A DNA stretch of 64,000 nt, from positions 161,022 to 225,021 of the forward strand of contig CAWHSB010000004.1 of NCBI GenBank assembly GCA_963831795.1, written 5' to 3'. The translations under genes were made by a program, and so were the position numbers. The notes beneath the pieces were generated by a model, which was not told where the DNA came from, did not search any database, and saw nothing but the letters and a program-made list of their open reading frames with translations. Each line of letters opens with the position of its first letter. Within the stretch, counting starts at the first letter, position 1. Shown one piece after another: positions 18,391-27,756 of this stretch. The stretch is from Terriglobia bacterium. GTDB lineage: Bacteria; Acidobacteriota; Terriglobia; Bryobacterales; Bryobacteraceae.

Positions 18391-19507
18391 GCGCTGAGCC
18401 TGTTCGCGCCGGGCACATGAGCGAGGCCCTGGCGCTCGCGCGGAGAGGCATCGCCCTGGCGACGCCGAACCCCATGGTGGGCGCTGTGATCGTGAACGGC
18501 GGAGAGGTTGTCGGCCGCGGCTTTCATACCTGGGACGGCCTGAAGCACGCCGAGATTCTGGCGCTCGAAGAGGCCGGTGATCGCGCTCGCGGCGCGACCG
18601 CGTACGTTACGCTCGAACCCTGCTCGCATACCGGGCGCACCGGTCCTTGTGCCGAATGCCCTGATCGCGGCGGGTGTGGAGAAGGTGGTTGCGCCGTCTT
18701 CCGATCCGAATCCGCTCGTTGCGGGCGAAGGATTCCGGAAGCTGCGCGCCGCGGGCGTTCAGGTGGAGATCGCCACCGAGTATCAGATCGAAGCGGAGAA
18801 GCTGAACGAGCCCTTCTTCCATTTCGTCCGAACCGGCCGGCCGCTCGTGATGCTGAAATCCGCTTCGACGCTTGACGGAAAAATCGCAGCTCCGGAAGAC
18901 AACAGCGGCTGGATCACCAGCGAACGCGCGCGGGCGCACGTGCAGGAGCTTCGGCACGCGTCGGACGCTGTGATCACGGGTATAGGTACGGTGCTCGCCG
19001 ACGATCCGCAAGTTGACGGATCGCAGCGGGCTGCCGCGCGTTCGGCCATTGATTCGCGTGGTGCTGGATTCGACGCTGCGGCTGCCGCTCGAGTCGAAGC
19101 TGGTTCAGACGGCTGAGAACGATCTGCTGGTGGCCGGGACATCCGCCGCTTCGGCCGAGCGGCGGCGTGCGCTGGAGAATCGCGGCATCGAGGTGAAGCT
19201 CTTCGACGGACCAAGAGGCCGGGTCGATATTCGCGACGTCATCGCCCTTCTGGGTGAGCGCCGGTGCTTGTCGGTAATGATCGAGGCGGGCAGTAAAGTG
19301 AACTGGGCCGCGCTCGAATGCGGCGCGGTGGATAAGGTGTTTCTCTACTACGCGCCGAAAATCCTCGGAGGCCTGCAGTCCCTGCCGATGGCGGGCGGCA
19401 TCGGAAAAATGCGCAGGGCGGACGCGATTCTGCTGGAACGCACCGCGCTGCATATGATCCCGCCGGACGAGTTTGCCGTCGAAGCTTACGTGCGGAAGGA
19501 CATCTGA
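18387..19507 (+). pseudogene. ribD: Riboflavin biosynthesis deaminase/reductase RibD, interrupted by two single-base frameshifts
   Basis: Three ORFs (18387.., 18577.., 19013..) together give a complete RibD. The deaminase part reads ..[29 protein letters not shown]|[11 protein letters not shown].., and the reductase part reads ..TSERARAHVQELRHASDAVITGIGTVLADDPQ|LTDRSGLPRVRPLIRVVLDS... The junctions lie near 18657 (gaa-t-gcc) and 19012 (caa-g-ttg). The ATGA start overlaps the ftsY stop. Confidence 0.85.
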
Positions 19508-19548
19508 GTATGCGGTTCTTCGGGCTGCTCGGTATGCCGGTAATTTCG

Positions 19549-19742
19549 GAGCCGCGACCGGAAGGGAGCGTTCAGGCCCGCGGCGGGCCGCCAAAGCGGA
19601 TGAAGACGCTGCGCAAGGTCTATGCGGCCAGCGCTTCGGCGCTGCCGCCGAGCTTCCGCTCGGCGCGGAGCGTTACGTCAGTGCCGGTGGCGCCGGCGAT
19701 CTCGTCGCTGGTGTTCTTACGAACCGCGTCTTCGACAGAGCG
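19549..19742. repeat. REP-like dispersed repeat, copy 1 (hairpin modules)
   Basis: It shares gagccgcgaccggaagggag..ggcccgcggcgggccgccaaag-ggatgaagacgc and ..ggcgccggcgatctcgtcgc-ggtgttc..accgcgtcttcgacagagcg with 44603..44716 and 49511..50040. It contains the palindromes GGCCCGC/GCGGGCC and CCGGCGA/TCGCCGG. Confidence 0.75.
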
Positions 19743-19749
19743 TTTGTTC

Positions 19750-19785
19750 GAATACGTTAACAAACTTCTGAACTGGAGTACTTAA
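19750..19785 (+). mobile_element. Solo IS630-family terminal inverted repeat remnant
   Basis: gaatacgttaacaaacttctgaactggagtacttaag closely matches the right end of the IS630 element at 39344..39380 (caatacgttagtgaacttctgaactggagtactaag). It ends one base before the ribE GTG. Confidence 0.7.
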
Positions 19786-20376
19786 GTGTTTACCGGAATT
19801 ATCGAAGAGCTGGGTAAGGTTGAAACGGCGGGAACGCGCCTCTCGATCAACTGTTCTCGCGTGCTCGCCGATCTCACCATGGGGGCGAGTATCGCTGTGA
19901 ACGGCGTTTGCCTCACTGCCGTCGACATTCGCCCTGACGGATTTTCGGCCGATCTCGCGCCGGAGACCCTCGAACGCAGCAATCTCGGGGATCTCAAGCC
20001 GGGCGACTTTGTCAACCTGGAACGCCCCATGACGCTTCAGGCGCGGCTGAGCGGGCATATCGTGCAAGGGCATGTGGACGCCACCGCTACCCTGGAGGCG
20101 CTCCACGAACTGGGCGACGGGAATTGGGAGCTCACGGTTCGTGTCCCGAGCGATCTCGACCGCTTCCTCGTGTACAAAGGCTCGATCTGCATCGACGGCA
20201 TCAGCCTGACGATCGCGAGTATCGAAGACAGTCACGTTCGAGTTGCGATCATCCCGCATACGTACGAAGCGACCAACCTGAGCGGCCGTAAACCGGGTGA
20301 TCGCGTCAACATCGAATGTGACGTTCTTGCCAAACACGTAGACAAGCTTCTGCACGGCATGAATCTGGTCCGATAA
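19786..20376 (+). CDS. ribE: Riboflavin synthase (alpha chain)
   Basis: 196 aa with a GTG start. It has the canonical MFTGIIEELGKV N-terminus and duplicated lumazine-binding repeats (..GASIAVNGVCLT.., ..GSICIDGISLT..). Confidence 0.93.
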   Translation: MFTGIIEELGKVETAGTRLSINCSRVLADLTMGASIAVNGVCLTAVDIRPDGFSADLAPETLERSNLGDLKPGDFVNLERPMTLQARLSGHIVQGHVDATATLEALHELGDGNWELTVRVPSDLDRFLVYKGSICIDGISLTIASIEDSHVRVAIIPHTYEATNLSGRKPGDRVNIECDVLAKHVDKLLHGMNLVR

Positions 20377-20385
20377 CATTGAACT

Positions 20386-21213
20386 GTGACGTCGCCGAAG
20401 CAGGAGAAGCTTTTCGCCCACTTGCGAGAATTGCGCCGCGTGATTGTGGCGTACTCGGGCGGTACGGATTCAGCATATCTTGCGTGGGCGGCAAAGCAAG
20501 TGCTGGGAGAGGATGCAGTTGCGATCACGGCCGATTCCGCTTCAATTCCGGAGTCTCACAAGCGAGACGCCGAGGCGTTTGTTCGCGAGTTCGGGATCCG
20601 GCACGAATACGTTGAAACGCACGAATTCGATAACCCGGATTACGTGAAGAACGACGCCAACCGCTGCTTCCACTGCAAGGATGAGCTATTCACGGTTCTG
20701 GAGAAAATCGCCGCCGACCGTGGCTTTACCAACATCATTTACGGCGTGAACAAAGACGATCTGGGCGACTATCGGCCCGGTCAGAAAGCGGCGAAACTGC
20801 ACCAGGTAAAAGCGCCGCTGGTAGACGCGGATCTGACCAAGGCTGAGATTCGCGAGTTGTCACGGATGGCGGGCCTGCCCACCTGGGACCGCCCGGCGGC
20901 CGCCTGCCTGAGCTCGCGGATTCCCTACGGAACGCCGGTGACGATCGCGAACGTCAAGACGGTCGAAGTCGGCGAGGAAGCGATCAAAGCCCTCGGATTT
21001 CGCCAGTTCCGCACGCGCTTTCACGGCGAGCTGGTGCGAATTGAAATCGCGCCGGAAGAGTTACCGCGGGCGCTCAACGCGGAGATGGCAGCCCGATTGA
21101 CGGCGATCTTCAAGCGTCTGGGCTACAAATACGTCACGCTGGATCTGGAAGGCTACCGCCAGGGCGCTTTGAACGAAGTGCTCACGTTGCAGGATCAAAC
21201 GTCCACTTTGTAA
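20386..21213 (+). CDS. larE: ATP-dependent sacrificial sulfur transferase LarE (PP-loop ATPase)
   Basis: 275 aa with PP-loop VAYSGGTDSAYL, then CFHCKDELF and the Cys-containing AACLSSRIPYG motif. Confidence 0.8.
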   Translation: MTSPKQEKLFAHLRELRRVIVAYSGGTDSAYLAWAAKQVLGEDAVAITADSASIPESHKRDAEAFVREFGIRHEYVETHEFDNPDYVKNDANRCFHCKDELFTVLEKIAADRGFTNIIYGVNKDDLGDYRPGQKAAKLHQVKAPLVDADLTKAEIRELSRMAGLPTWDRPAAACLSSRIPYGTPVTIANVKTVEVGEEAIKALGFRQFRTRFHGELVRIEIAPEELPRALNAEMAARLTAIFKRLGYKYVTLDLEGYRQGALNEVLTLQDQTSTL

Positions 21214-21584
21214 TCCAGCACATGTTCGTCGCCCGGTAAACCGCGGAAGCCCCAATTCGCTTTGGGCGTTTCGAAAATGGTAACCTCCACATCGTTCGGC
21301 CCGATGCCGAGGTTTTCTGCGAATCGCTGAAACAGCAGACGAATCAGATTCTTTTTCGCCTCCACGCTGCGGCCTTCGAACATACTGATCTCGATAATCG
21401 TGTATTTTTCGGACCGCCCTTCAGGGTAGAAGAATTCCGACCGGTCCAGCAGCAGGAATCGATGAGCGCGCTTGCCCAGGGGATACCGCAGCGCTTCGAC
21501 CACACAGGAATGGACCACATCCGAGACGCTCTGCGTGATCGGACCGAGATGATCGCGCAAGCCGAAGATTTTGATTTGAGACAT
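21195..21584 (-). CDS. Tautomerase-family protein
   Basis: The start is set at MSQIKIFG.. (ATG 21584, sharing one base with the upstream stop). ..EKYTIIEISMFEGRSVEAKKNLIRLLFQRFAENLGIGPNDVEVTIFETPKANWGFRG is typical of tautomerase_3-like proteins. Confidence 0.65.
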   Translation of the reverse strand: MSQIKIFGLRDHLGPITQSVSDVVHSCVVEALRYPLGKRAHRFLLLDRSEFFYPEGRSEKYTIIEISMFEGRSVEAKKNLIRLLFQRFAENLGIGPNDVEVTIFETPKANWGFRGLPGDEHVLDYKVDV

Positions 21585-22195
21585 CAGGAATCCGCTTTGT
21601 CCGCCAGGAGCCTGCTGAACCACTGCTTCGCCAGGGAAAAGTCGGCTGGCGTGAGCTCGTGACCAGCGTTCTGGATCGCCAGGTCAACGCGCGCGCCCGC
21701 ATCGGTCAGCAGCTTTCCCAGGGCCTCGGCATCAGCCACGGGAATAATATGATCGTTCTGTCCCGCGGAAATCAGCACGGGCGCGCCCTTGAGATTCGCT
21801 CGGTGCTCGGGAACAAGAATGGTTCTGCTCCGAAGGAGGCAGGCGCCCGACAGAACTCCGGGATGCAACAGCATGAGATTCGCGGCCAGGTTGGCGCCAT
21901 TCGAATACCCCAGAGCGACTACACGCGCGGGATCGAACGCATAATGCGCCGCTGCCTCGCCGACCCACGTCGCCAGTTCGGCGGCCCGCTCGGGGACATC
22001 TCTCCAGTCGAGCCCGAAGAAGCGAACCATACCTTGGCCTGTAACCTTGCCTCGCGGGCTCAGCAGCGCGGCTCCCGGCGCGACCGCGCGCGCAACCGGC
22101 GGCAAATCGTTCTCGTCCCCGCCCGTTCCGTGGAGCAACAGCAGAGTAACGGCTGAGCGTCCTGCGACGAACTTGTGAATGAAGTCGTTGATCAT
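21584..22195 (-). CDS. Alpha/beta hydrolase (phospholipase/carboxylesterase family)
   Basis: The real product starts at MINDFIHKF (ATG 22195, ATGA overlap with the upstream gene). LLLLHGTGGDENDL, the nucleophile elbow GYSNGAN and ..GQNDHIIP..GHEL are present. The 359-aa ORF extension looks spurious. Confidence 0.75.
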   Translation of the reverse strand: MINDFIHKFVAGRSAVTLLLLHGTGGDENDLPPVARAVAPGAALLSPRGKVTGQGMVRFFGLDWRDVPERAAELATWVGEAAAHYAFDPARVVALGYSNGANLAANLMLLHPGVLSGACLLRSRTILVPEHRANLKGAPVLISAGQNDHIIPVADAEALGKLLTDAGARVDLAIQNAGHELTPADFSLAKQWFSRLLADKADS

Positions 22196-22929
22196 GATTT
22201 CCGACGATACTTGCCGAGCAGACTGTTCACGCGGATCTGCGCCACTTCCACAAAAGCATGCAGCCCGGTCATCAGGCTGACCTTGCTGCCCTCCACGTGG
22301 TTCCAGCGTACCGGCGCCTCGGCGATGCGATATCCGCGGCGCGATGCGATGTAAAGCACTTCCGCATCGAACCCGAATCGTTCGAGGAGCTGGCCGGCAA
22401 AAACTTCCTCCGCCGCCGCGCCCCGAAAAAGTTTGAAGCCGCACTGCGTATCCGAAATCCGCAAGCCGGTCGTAAGGCGCATCACATTGTTGAATAACCG
22501 CCCGAAAGCTTCGCGGTAGCCGGGCTGGCGAACCCCGATCAGAGATCTGTCCAGCGCGCGCGAGCCGATGGCGATATCGTAATTTCCACGCGCAATAGCG
22601 CACCAGAGCTTTTGCAGCTCTTCGATCGGTGTGGAAAGATCCGCATCGGTGAACAGGCGCCACTCGCCGCTTGCCTCAATCATTCCGCGGCGTACCGAGA
22701 AGCCTTTCCCGCGGTTACCCGGATTCCTCAGAACGCGAACGTGGCAGTGTGCCTTTGCAAATTCTTCCGCCACCGCGAAAGTGCCATCCCTGGAACCGTC
22801 ATCGACCACCAGAATTTCGTAAAAGCTCCAGGCGGTCGATTCCAGATAGTCCGTGACCCGGCGGAGCGTGTCCGGCAACCTGATCTGCTCGTTGTAGGCA
22901 GGGATGATGATTGAGATGGAACGGTTCAA
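22192..22929 (-). CDS. GT2-family glycosyltransferase (dolichyl/polyprenyl-phosphate beta-glycosyltransferase-like)
   Basis: SIIIPAYNEQIRL, LVVDDGSRDGT, NPGNRGKGFSVRRG, TDADLS and DTQCGFKLF are present. I chose the TTG start at 22929, because the longer ORF would overlap the divergent lysS promoter and gene. Confidence 0.75.
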   Translation of the reverse strand: MNRSISIIIPAYNEQIRLPDTLRRVTDYLESTAWSFYEILVVDDGSRDGTFAVAEEFAKAHCHVRVLRNPGNRGKGFSVRRGMIEASGEWRLFTDADLSTPIEELQKLWCAIARGNYDIAIGSRALDRSLIGVRQPGYREAFGRLFNNVMRLTTGLRISDTQCGFKLFRGAAAEEVFAGQLLERFGFDAEVLYIASRRGYRIAEAPVRWNHVEGSKVSLMTGLHAFVEVAQIRVNSLLGKYRRKS

Positions 22930-22991
22930 ATGGAAAGTTATTGCTAACGAAGAATTATAATAACGGATTCCCACTACAGGAGACTTAAGTT

Positions 22992-24503
22992 TTGTCGCTG
23001 GAAGACGAATTATTTGAACAGCGCGCCGCGCGCGTGCATGAGATCGAGGCGCTGGGGTACAGGCCCTTCGGCAAGCGCTTCGATTTTTCCTGCACCGTGC
23101 CGGAGGTGCTTCTCCAGTATGGCGGCAAGACGGCCGAAGAACTCGTGCCCGAGATCCGGATGCTGGTCGCCGGGCGCATTCAGACCATCCGGCGGATGGG
23201 AAAGGCGGGGTTCTTCCACATTCAGCAAAGCGGCGCAAAGCTGCAATGCTATGTCCGAAAGGACGCAGTCGGCGAGCGCGATTATCAGCTGTTCGGGCTG
23301 CTCGACATAGGCGATATCGTCGGTGTCGAAGGATATCTTTTTCGCACACGCACGGGCGAATTGAGTCTGCATGTCGAGAAACTGGAGTTCCTCTCGAAGA
23401 CGCTGCTCGCCATGCCCGAGAAATTTCACGGGCTGGAAGATGTGGAGATCCGCTATCGCCAGCGCTATCTCGATCTGATCTCCAATCAGGACAGCCGCGA
23501 GGTATTCGTCAAACGGGCGAAGCTGATTTCGTCACTTCGGCGGCAACTCGAAGAGCGTGGTTTTATCGAAGTGGAAACGCCGATGATGCAACCGGTCTAC
23601 GGCGGCGCAGCGGCGCGGCCATTCGTGACGCATCACAACACGCTGGATATCGATCTCTACCTGCGTATTGCGCCAGAGCTGTATCTGAAGCGATTGATCG
23701 TGGGCGGACTCGAACGCGTCTACGAAATCAACCGCAACTTCCGCAACGAGGGCATCTCGACGCGTCACAATCCCGAGTTCACAATGGTCGAGTTCTATCA
23801 GGCCTACACGGACTATCGAGGCCTGATGGAACTGACCGAACAGTTGGTTCGGCAGCTTGCGATCGATGTTATCGGCGGCCTCAGCGTGCCGTTCGGGGAC
23901 GTGGAACTCGATTTCGGATCGATCCGCCGGCTCACTATGCGTGAGGCCGTCGTCGAATATTGGGATGGGCCTGGTAAGCCTTCTCTCGATGAGGTGCGCG
24001 ACCCGGCGTGGCTCACAAGCCAGACGGGAAAGACAAACGCGGGCGAAGCTCTCGCGCTCCTGTTCGAGGAACATGCGGAGCGAAAGCTGATCCAGCCGAC
24101 GTTTATCTATGACTTCCCGGTCGAGATCTCGCCGCTCGCAAAGAACAAGCCGGACGAACCCGCGTTCGTCGAGCGGTTCGAGCTCATCATTGCCGGCATG
24201 GAGATCGGAAATGCCTACACGGAGCTCAACGATCCCATGGAGCAGCGCCGTCGCTTCGACGCCCAGCGCGCCATGCTGGAACGAGGTGATGAAGAGGCGC
24301 ACCAGATGGACGAGGACTACCTGCGCGCCATGTCTTACGGACTGCCGCCAACTGCAGGCGAAGGTCTCGGGATCGACCGCCTCGCGATGCTATTGACGAA
24401 CTCGCAATCGATCCGCGATGTCATCCTGTTTCCGCTGCTGCGGCCGGAAGGTGAGATCGGCATAGCGGACCGCTTACGCCGTCTCGATGCAGCGTCTGGA
24501 TAA
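22992..24503 (+). CDS. lysS: Lysine--tRNA ligase (class II)
   Basis: 503 aa with an OB-fold N-terminus and class II motifs ..FIEVETPMM.., ..[23 protein letters not shown].. and ..[11 protein letters not shown]... Confidence 0.95.
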   Translation: MSLEDELFEQRAARVHEIEALGYRPFGKRFDFSCTVPEVLLQYGGKTAEELVPEIRMLVAGRIQTIRRMGKAGFFHIQQSGAKLQCYVRKDAVGERDYQLFGLLDIGDIVGVEGYLFRTRTGELSLHVEKLEFLSKTLLAMPEKFHGLEDVEIRYRQRYLDLISNQDSREVFVKRAKLISSLRRQLEERGFIEVETPMMQPVYGGAAARPFVTHHNTLDIDLYLRIAPELYLKRLIVGGLERVYEINRNFRNEGISTRHNPEFTMVEFYQAYTDYRGLMELTEQLVRQLAIDVIGGLSVPFGDVELDFGSIRRLTMREAVVEYWDGPGKPSLDEVRDPAWLTSQTGKTNAGEALALLFEEHAERKLIQPTFIYDFPVEISPLAKNKPDEPAFVERFELIIAGMEIGNAYTELNDPMEQRRRFDAQRAMLERGDEEAHQMDEDYLRAMSYGLPPTAGEGLGIDRLAMLLTNSQSIRDVILFPLLRPEGEIGIADRLRRLDAASG

Positions 24504-24505
24504 AA

Positions 24506-25741
24506 GTGACAGGCTCGTTCGAATATTTCATCGCCGGCCGTTACCTGCGCGCACGCCGCAAGGAGAAGGTGATTTCCGTCATCACGGTGATCTCGGTCGT
24601 CGGTGTGGCTGCCGGTGTCGCGGCGCTGATCATCTCGCTGGCGGTCAACAATGGATTTCAAAACACGCTGCAACGGAATATGCTGGCGGCTACGGCGCAC
24701 ATCAACATCCTGGACAAGAATCCAAGCGCTGGGATCGATGACTGGGGCAACCTGATAAAGATATTCCGGAAAATGCCGCATGTCGTGGCGGTCGCGCCCG
24801 TCCTCTATGACGAAGTGTTTCTCACCGGTCCTCATGGCGCCAAGCTCGTGACATTGAAGGGTATCGATATTCGCGCTGAACTGGCGGCAAGCGACACGCT
24901 GCGTCATCTGAAATCAGGTTCCCTGGCGCAACTCGACGAAGACGGCGGCTTGCCGGGTGTGGTGATCGGCAGCAGGCTGGCGCAAGACGCCGGGCTCCTG
25001 GTGGGCAGCGCCGTGACGCTCATTGATCCCGAAGGAAACCTGACACCATATGGCCCCGCGCCGAAAAGGCAGCGTTTCCGCGTCACCGGCATTTTCGAGA
25101 CGAACTTCTTCGACGTCGACGATTCCTGGGCCTATGCGTCACTGGCTTCCGTGCAAAGACTCCAATCCGTGAATGACGTGGTAAACGCGATAGAGATCCG
25201 GCTGGATGATCCGAACCGCGCGCCCGCCGTCGCGAAGGAAGCGCTGCGCCTCGCGGGCAATCGCTACAGCGCTCAAACATGGGAAGAGCAGAACCGCCAG
25301 CTCTTTCATGCGCTGCAACTTGAGCGCGCGGTCACCGCCGTTACCATCGGACTGATCGAACTCGTGGGGGCTTTGAACATTCTCATCACCCTTACGATGA
25401 TTGTGCTGACGAAATACAAAGACATCGCGGTACTGATGTCGATGGGCGCGCGCCGAGGACAGATCCGGCGCATCTTCGTTATGCAGGGGGCGATGATCGG
25501 CATCATCGGGACCGTTATCGGAATCGTGGTCGGGTACGCGTTTTGTTACTTCGCGGGCGTCTATCACCTGATCCCGCTGGACGAGTCGGTCTATGCGCTG
25601 AGCTACGTTCCGTTCGATCCGCGCCCCTGGGACGGCGTCTGGATTGCCGCCGCCGCGCTCGGAATCAGCCTGCTGGCCACGCTCTACCCTGCGCGTAATG
25701 CCACGCGCATCACACCGGTTGAGGTCTTACGATACGAATGA
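24506..25741 (+). CDS. Lipoprotein-releasing ABC transporter permease, LolC/E family (FtsX-like)
   Basis: 411 aa. FEYFIAGRYLRARRKEKVISVITVISVVGVAAGVAALIISLAVNNGF is the typical LolC/E N-terminus. A MacB-like periplasmic domain and a C-terminal FtsX 3-TM bundle follow. Confidence 0.85.
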   Translation: MTGSFEYFIAGRYLRARRKEKVISVITVISVVGVAAGVAALIISLAVNNGFQNTLQRNMLAATAHINILDKNPSAGIDDWGNLIKIFRKMPHVVAVAPVLYDEVFLTGPHGAKLVTLKGIDIRAELAASDTLRHLKSGSLAQLDEDGGLPGVVIGSRLAQDAGLLVGSAVTLIDPEGNLTPYGPAPKRQRFRVTGIFETNFFDVDDSWAYASLASVQRLQSVNDVVNAIEIRLDDPNRAPAVAKEALRLAGNRYSAQTWEEQNRQLFHALQLERAVTAVTIGLIELVGALNILITLTMIVLTKYKDIAVLMSMGARRGQIRRIFVMQGAMIGIIGTVIGIVVGYAFCYFAGVYHLIPLDESVYALSYVPFDPRPWDGVWIAAAALGISLLATLYPARNATRITPVEVLRYE

Positions 25742-26421
25742 TGGTTACCAACCCCAAGCGGGTGCAGAAACCGAAGACGAAGGCCGAACGGCAGGGGCGC
25801 GTGCAGGCGATTCTGGCAGATCTGGACGAGATGTATCCTGGCGCCACCTGCGCGCTGATTCATCGCACTCCCTGGGAACTCCTGGTCGCGACCATCCTTT
25901 CCGCGCAGTGCACCGACAAGGTCGTGAATGAGGTGACCCCGGGCCTGTTCGAGAAATACCCGACACCCAGTGATTTCGCCGCCGCGCGCCAGGAAGTGCT
26001 CGCGAACGACCTCCGCCGGACCGGTTTTTTTAACAACAAGGCGAAGTCGGTCATCGGCGCGGCGAAACGAATTGTGACCGAGTTTGGCGGCAAGGTACCA
26101 CAAACACTGGAAGAATTGATCACCGTACCGGGTGCCGCGCGCAAGACGGCCAATGTGGTGCTGGGAACCGCATACGGAGTCGCTTCGGGCATCGTGGTCG
26201 ATACCCACGTGGCGCGCCTGTCGCATCGTCTCGATCTGACGAAGCAAACCGATCCCGTGAAGATCGAACAGGACCTGATCAAAATCATTCCGAAGGACCG
26301 CTGGATCCTCTTCTCGCATCAGCTGATCCTTCACGGCAGGGCGCTTTGCATCGCGCGCAAACCGAAGTGCGCGGAATGCAAGCTGGACCCGGTCTGCTAT
26401 GCGAAGGATAAAACCGTATGA
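25738..26421 (+). CDS. nth: Endonuclease III
   Basis: 227 aa with an HhH-GPD core (..LVATILSAQCTDKVVN.., ..VPGAARKTANVVL..) and the C-terminal [4Fe-4S] loop CIARKPKCAECKLDPVC. Confidence 0.93.
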   Translation: MMVTNPKRVQKPKTKAERQGRVQAILADLDEMYPGATCALIHRTPWELLVATILSAQCTDKVVNEVTPGLFEKYPTPSDFAAARQEVLANDLRRTGFFNNKAKSVIGAAKRIVTEFGGKVPQTLEELITVPGAARKTANVVLGTAYGVASGIVVDTHVARLSHRLDLTKQTDPVKIEQDLIKIIPKDRWILFSHQLILHGRALCIARKPKCAECKLDPVCYAKDKTV

Positions 26422-27377
26422 GGCTCGGCGTCTTTACCGCGCTGCTCTCGCAGATGTCGCTCGCTGGCGTCATCGCGAAGATGAAAAGCCTCGGCATCAC
26501 GACCGTTGAACTCGGCACCGGCAACTATCCCGGTGACCCGCATTGCAAGCTGTCGATGCTCGATAACCCTGCGGAGCTGGACGAATTCCGCAAGAAGCTC
26601 GAAGACAACGGCCTCTCGATCAGCGCCCTCTCTTGCCATGGAAATGCGCTCCATCCCGACCGCGACATCGGAGTTCCCCACCGCGAGGTGAGTCGCAAGA
26701 CGATTGAACTGGCGCACCGGCTCGGCGTCCCGGTTGTGATCGACTTCTCCGGATGTCCCGGAGACAGCAACAAGAGCCGCCATCCGAATTGGGTCACGTG
26801 CCCCTGGCCGACCGAATATCTCGACCTCCTCAACTGGCAGTGGGATCGGCGCGTTGCGCCTTATTGGAAAGAGCACGGCAAGTTCGCCGCGGACCATGGT
26901 GTCAAGGTAGCGGTGGAAATGCATCCCGGCTTCGTCGTCTACAATCCCGAAAGCATGCTGCGATTGCGCTCGATCGCGGGGAAGGCGGTCGGGTGTAATT
27001 ACGATCCCAGCCATATGTTCTGGCAGGGCATCAATCCGATCGCGGCGATCCGCGTACTCGGCGATGCGATCTTTCACGTGCACGCAAAAGATACGCAAAT
27101 GTACCCCAGCAACCTGCCCCTGACAGGCGTGCTGGATACCAAAAAATATACGGACGAGCGAAATCGGTCCTGGATCTTCCGCACGGTCGGGTATGGCCAT
27201 GGAGAAGAGTGGTGGGCGGAGTTCATCTCCACGCTTCGAATGTTTGGATACGATTACGTGCTTTCGATCGAGCACGAGGACAGCCTGCTTTCGCCCGAAG
27301 AGGGACTGACGAAGGCGATCGATTTTCTGGAGACGATCGTGATAAAGGAACAACCCTCCGCGGCATGGTGGGTTTAA
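26418..27377 (+). CDS. Sugar phosphate isomerase/epimerase (xylose isomerase-like TIM barrel)
   Basis: 319 aa. ..GITTVELGTGNYPG.., ..VAVEMHPGFVVYN.. and ..VLSIEHED.. are typical of the AP endonuclease 2/xylose isomerase-like barrel family. Confidence 0.7.
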   Translation: MRLGVFTALLSQMSLAGVIAKMKSLGITTVELGTGNYPGDPHCKLSMLDNPAELDEFRKKLEDNGLSISALSCHGNALHPDRDIGVPHREVSRKTIELAHRLGVPVVIDFSGCPGDSNKSRHPNWVTCPWPTEYLDLLNWQWDRRVAPYWKEHGKFAADHGVKVAVEMHPGFVVYNPESMLRLRSIAGKAVGCNYDPSHMFWQGINPIAAIRVLGDAIFHVHAKDTQMYPSNLPLTGVLDTKKYTDERNRSWIFRTVGYGHGEEWWAEFISTLRMFGYDYVLSIEHEDSLLSPEEGLTKAIDFLETIVIKEQPSAAWWV

Positions 27378-27388
27378 GCTTGTAGATA

Positions 27389-27733
27389 ATGACTGCACGA
27401 TTGACTTCGCTCTTATTGTTGCTGGCGTTGGCCAGCTTCACGTTCGCGCAGAAAAAGAATCAACAACCTGCCGAAAAGGCGGTGACGGGGATAGTGACGG
27501 ATGCGGCCGGAGCCCCCGTTCCCGGAGCGGTCGTGCAACTCAAGAACATGAAAACGCTCGAGGTCCGCTCGTTTATCTCGAAGGATCGCGGCGATTATTT
27601 CTTCCACGGTCTGGCGACCGATGTCGATTACGAACTCAAGGCTCAGTTCAATGGAAAATCGAGCGCACCCCGCGTGCTGAGTTCGTTTGACAGCCACGCG
27701 GAAGCCGTGATCAACCTCCAGTTGAAGCCGTAG
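27389..27733 (+). CDS. Small secreted carboxypeptidase-regulatory-like domain protein
   Basis: 114 aa with a signal peptide (LLLLLALASFTFA) plus a single beta-sandwich (VTGIVTDAAGAPVPGAVVQLKN..DYFFHGL..DYELKA). Confidence 0.6.
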   Translation: MTARLTSLLLLLALASFTFAQKKNQQPAEKAVTGIVTDAAGAPVPGAVVQLKNMKTLEVRSFISKDRGDYFFHGLATDVDYELKAQFNGKSSAPRVLSSFDSHAEAVINLQLKP

Positions 27734-27756
27734 TCCGACTCGCCGTAGCTCTCAGA

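Noticed and set aside
19508-19620. Possible FMN (RFN) riboswitch upstream of ribE, based on fragments such as TCTTCGGG.., ..GACCGG.. and ..GGATGAAGAC.
   Set aside because: The conserved RFN core (GGGTGAAATTCCC.. and its partner strands) is absent. Most of the similar sequence belongs to the REP-like repeat, which recurs at 44603 and 49511, away from any rib gene.
19505-19785. Is the whole ribD-ribE spacer an IS630-derived MITE? The left edge ctgagtatgcggttc vaguely resembles the IS left end ctaagtcatcgcttc.
   Set aside because: The left-end similarity is weak (about 11 of 16 by eye). There is no TA duplication at the left edge, and the interior is the unrelated REP module. Only the right-end remnant is convincing.
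21584-23349. Long N-terminal extensions of ORFs 21584..22663 and 22192..23349, and likewise 8066..10438, 42200..43384, 43240..44523, 51506.., 53290.., 57767.. and 28619...
   Set aside because: The extensions overlap neighbouring genes or divergent promoters and are Arg/Pro-rich nonsense. The recognisable domains begin at internal start codons, often with an RBS or ATGA/TGATG coupling, so shorter coordinates were reported.
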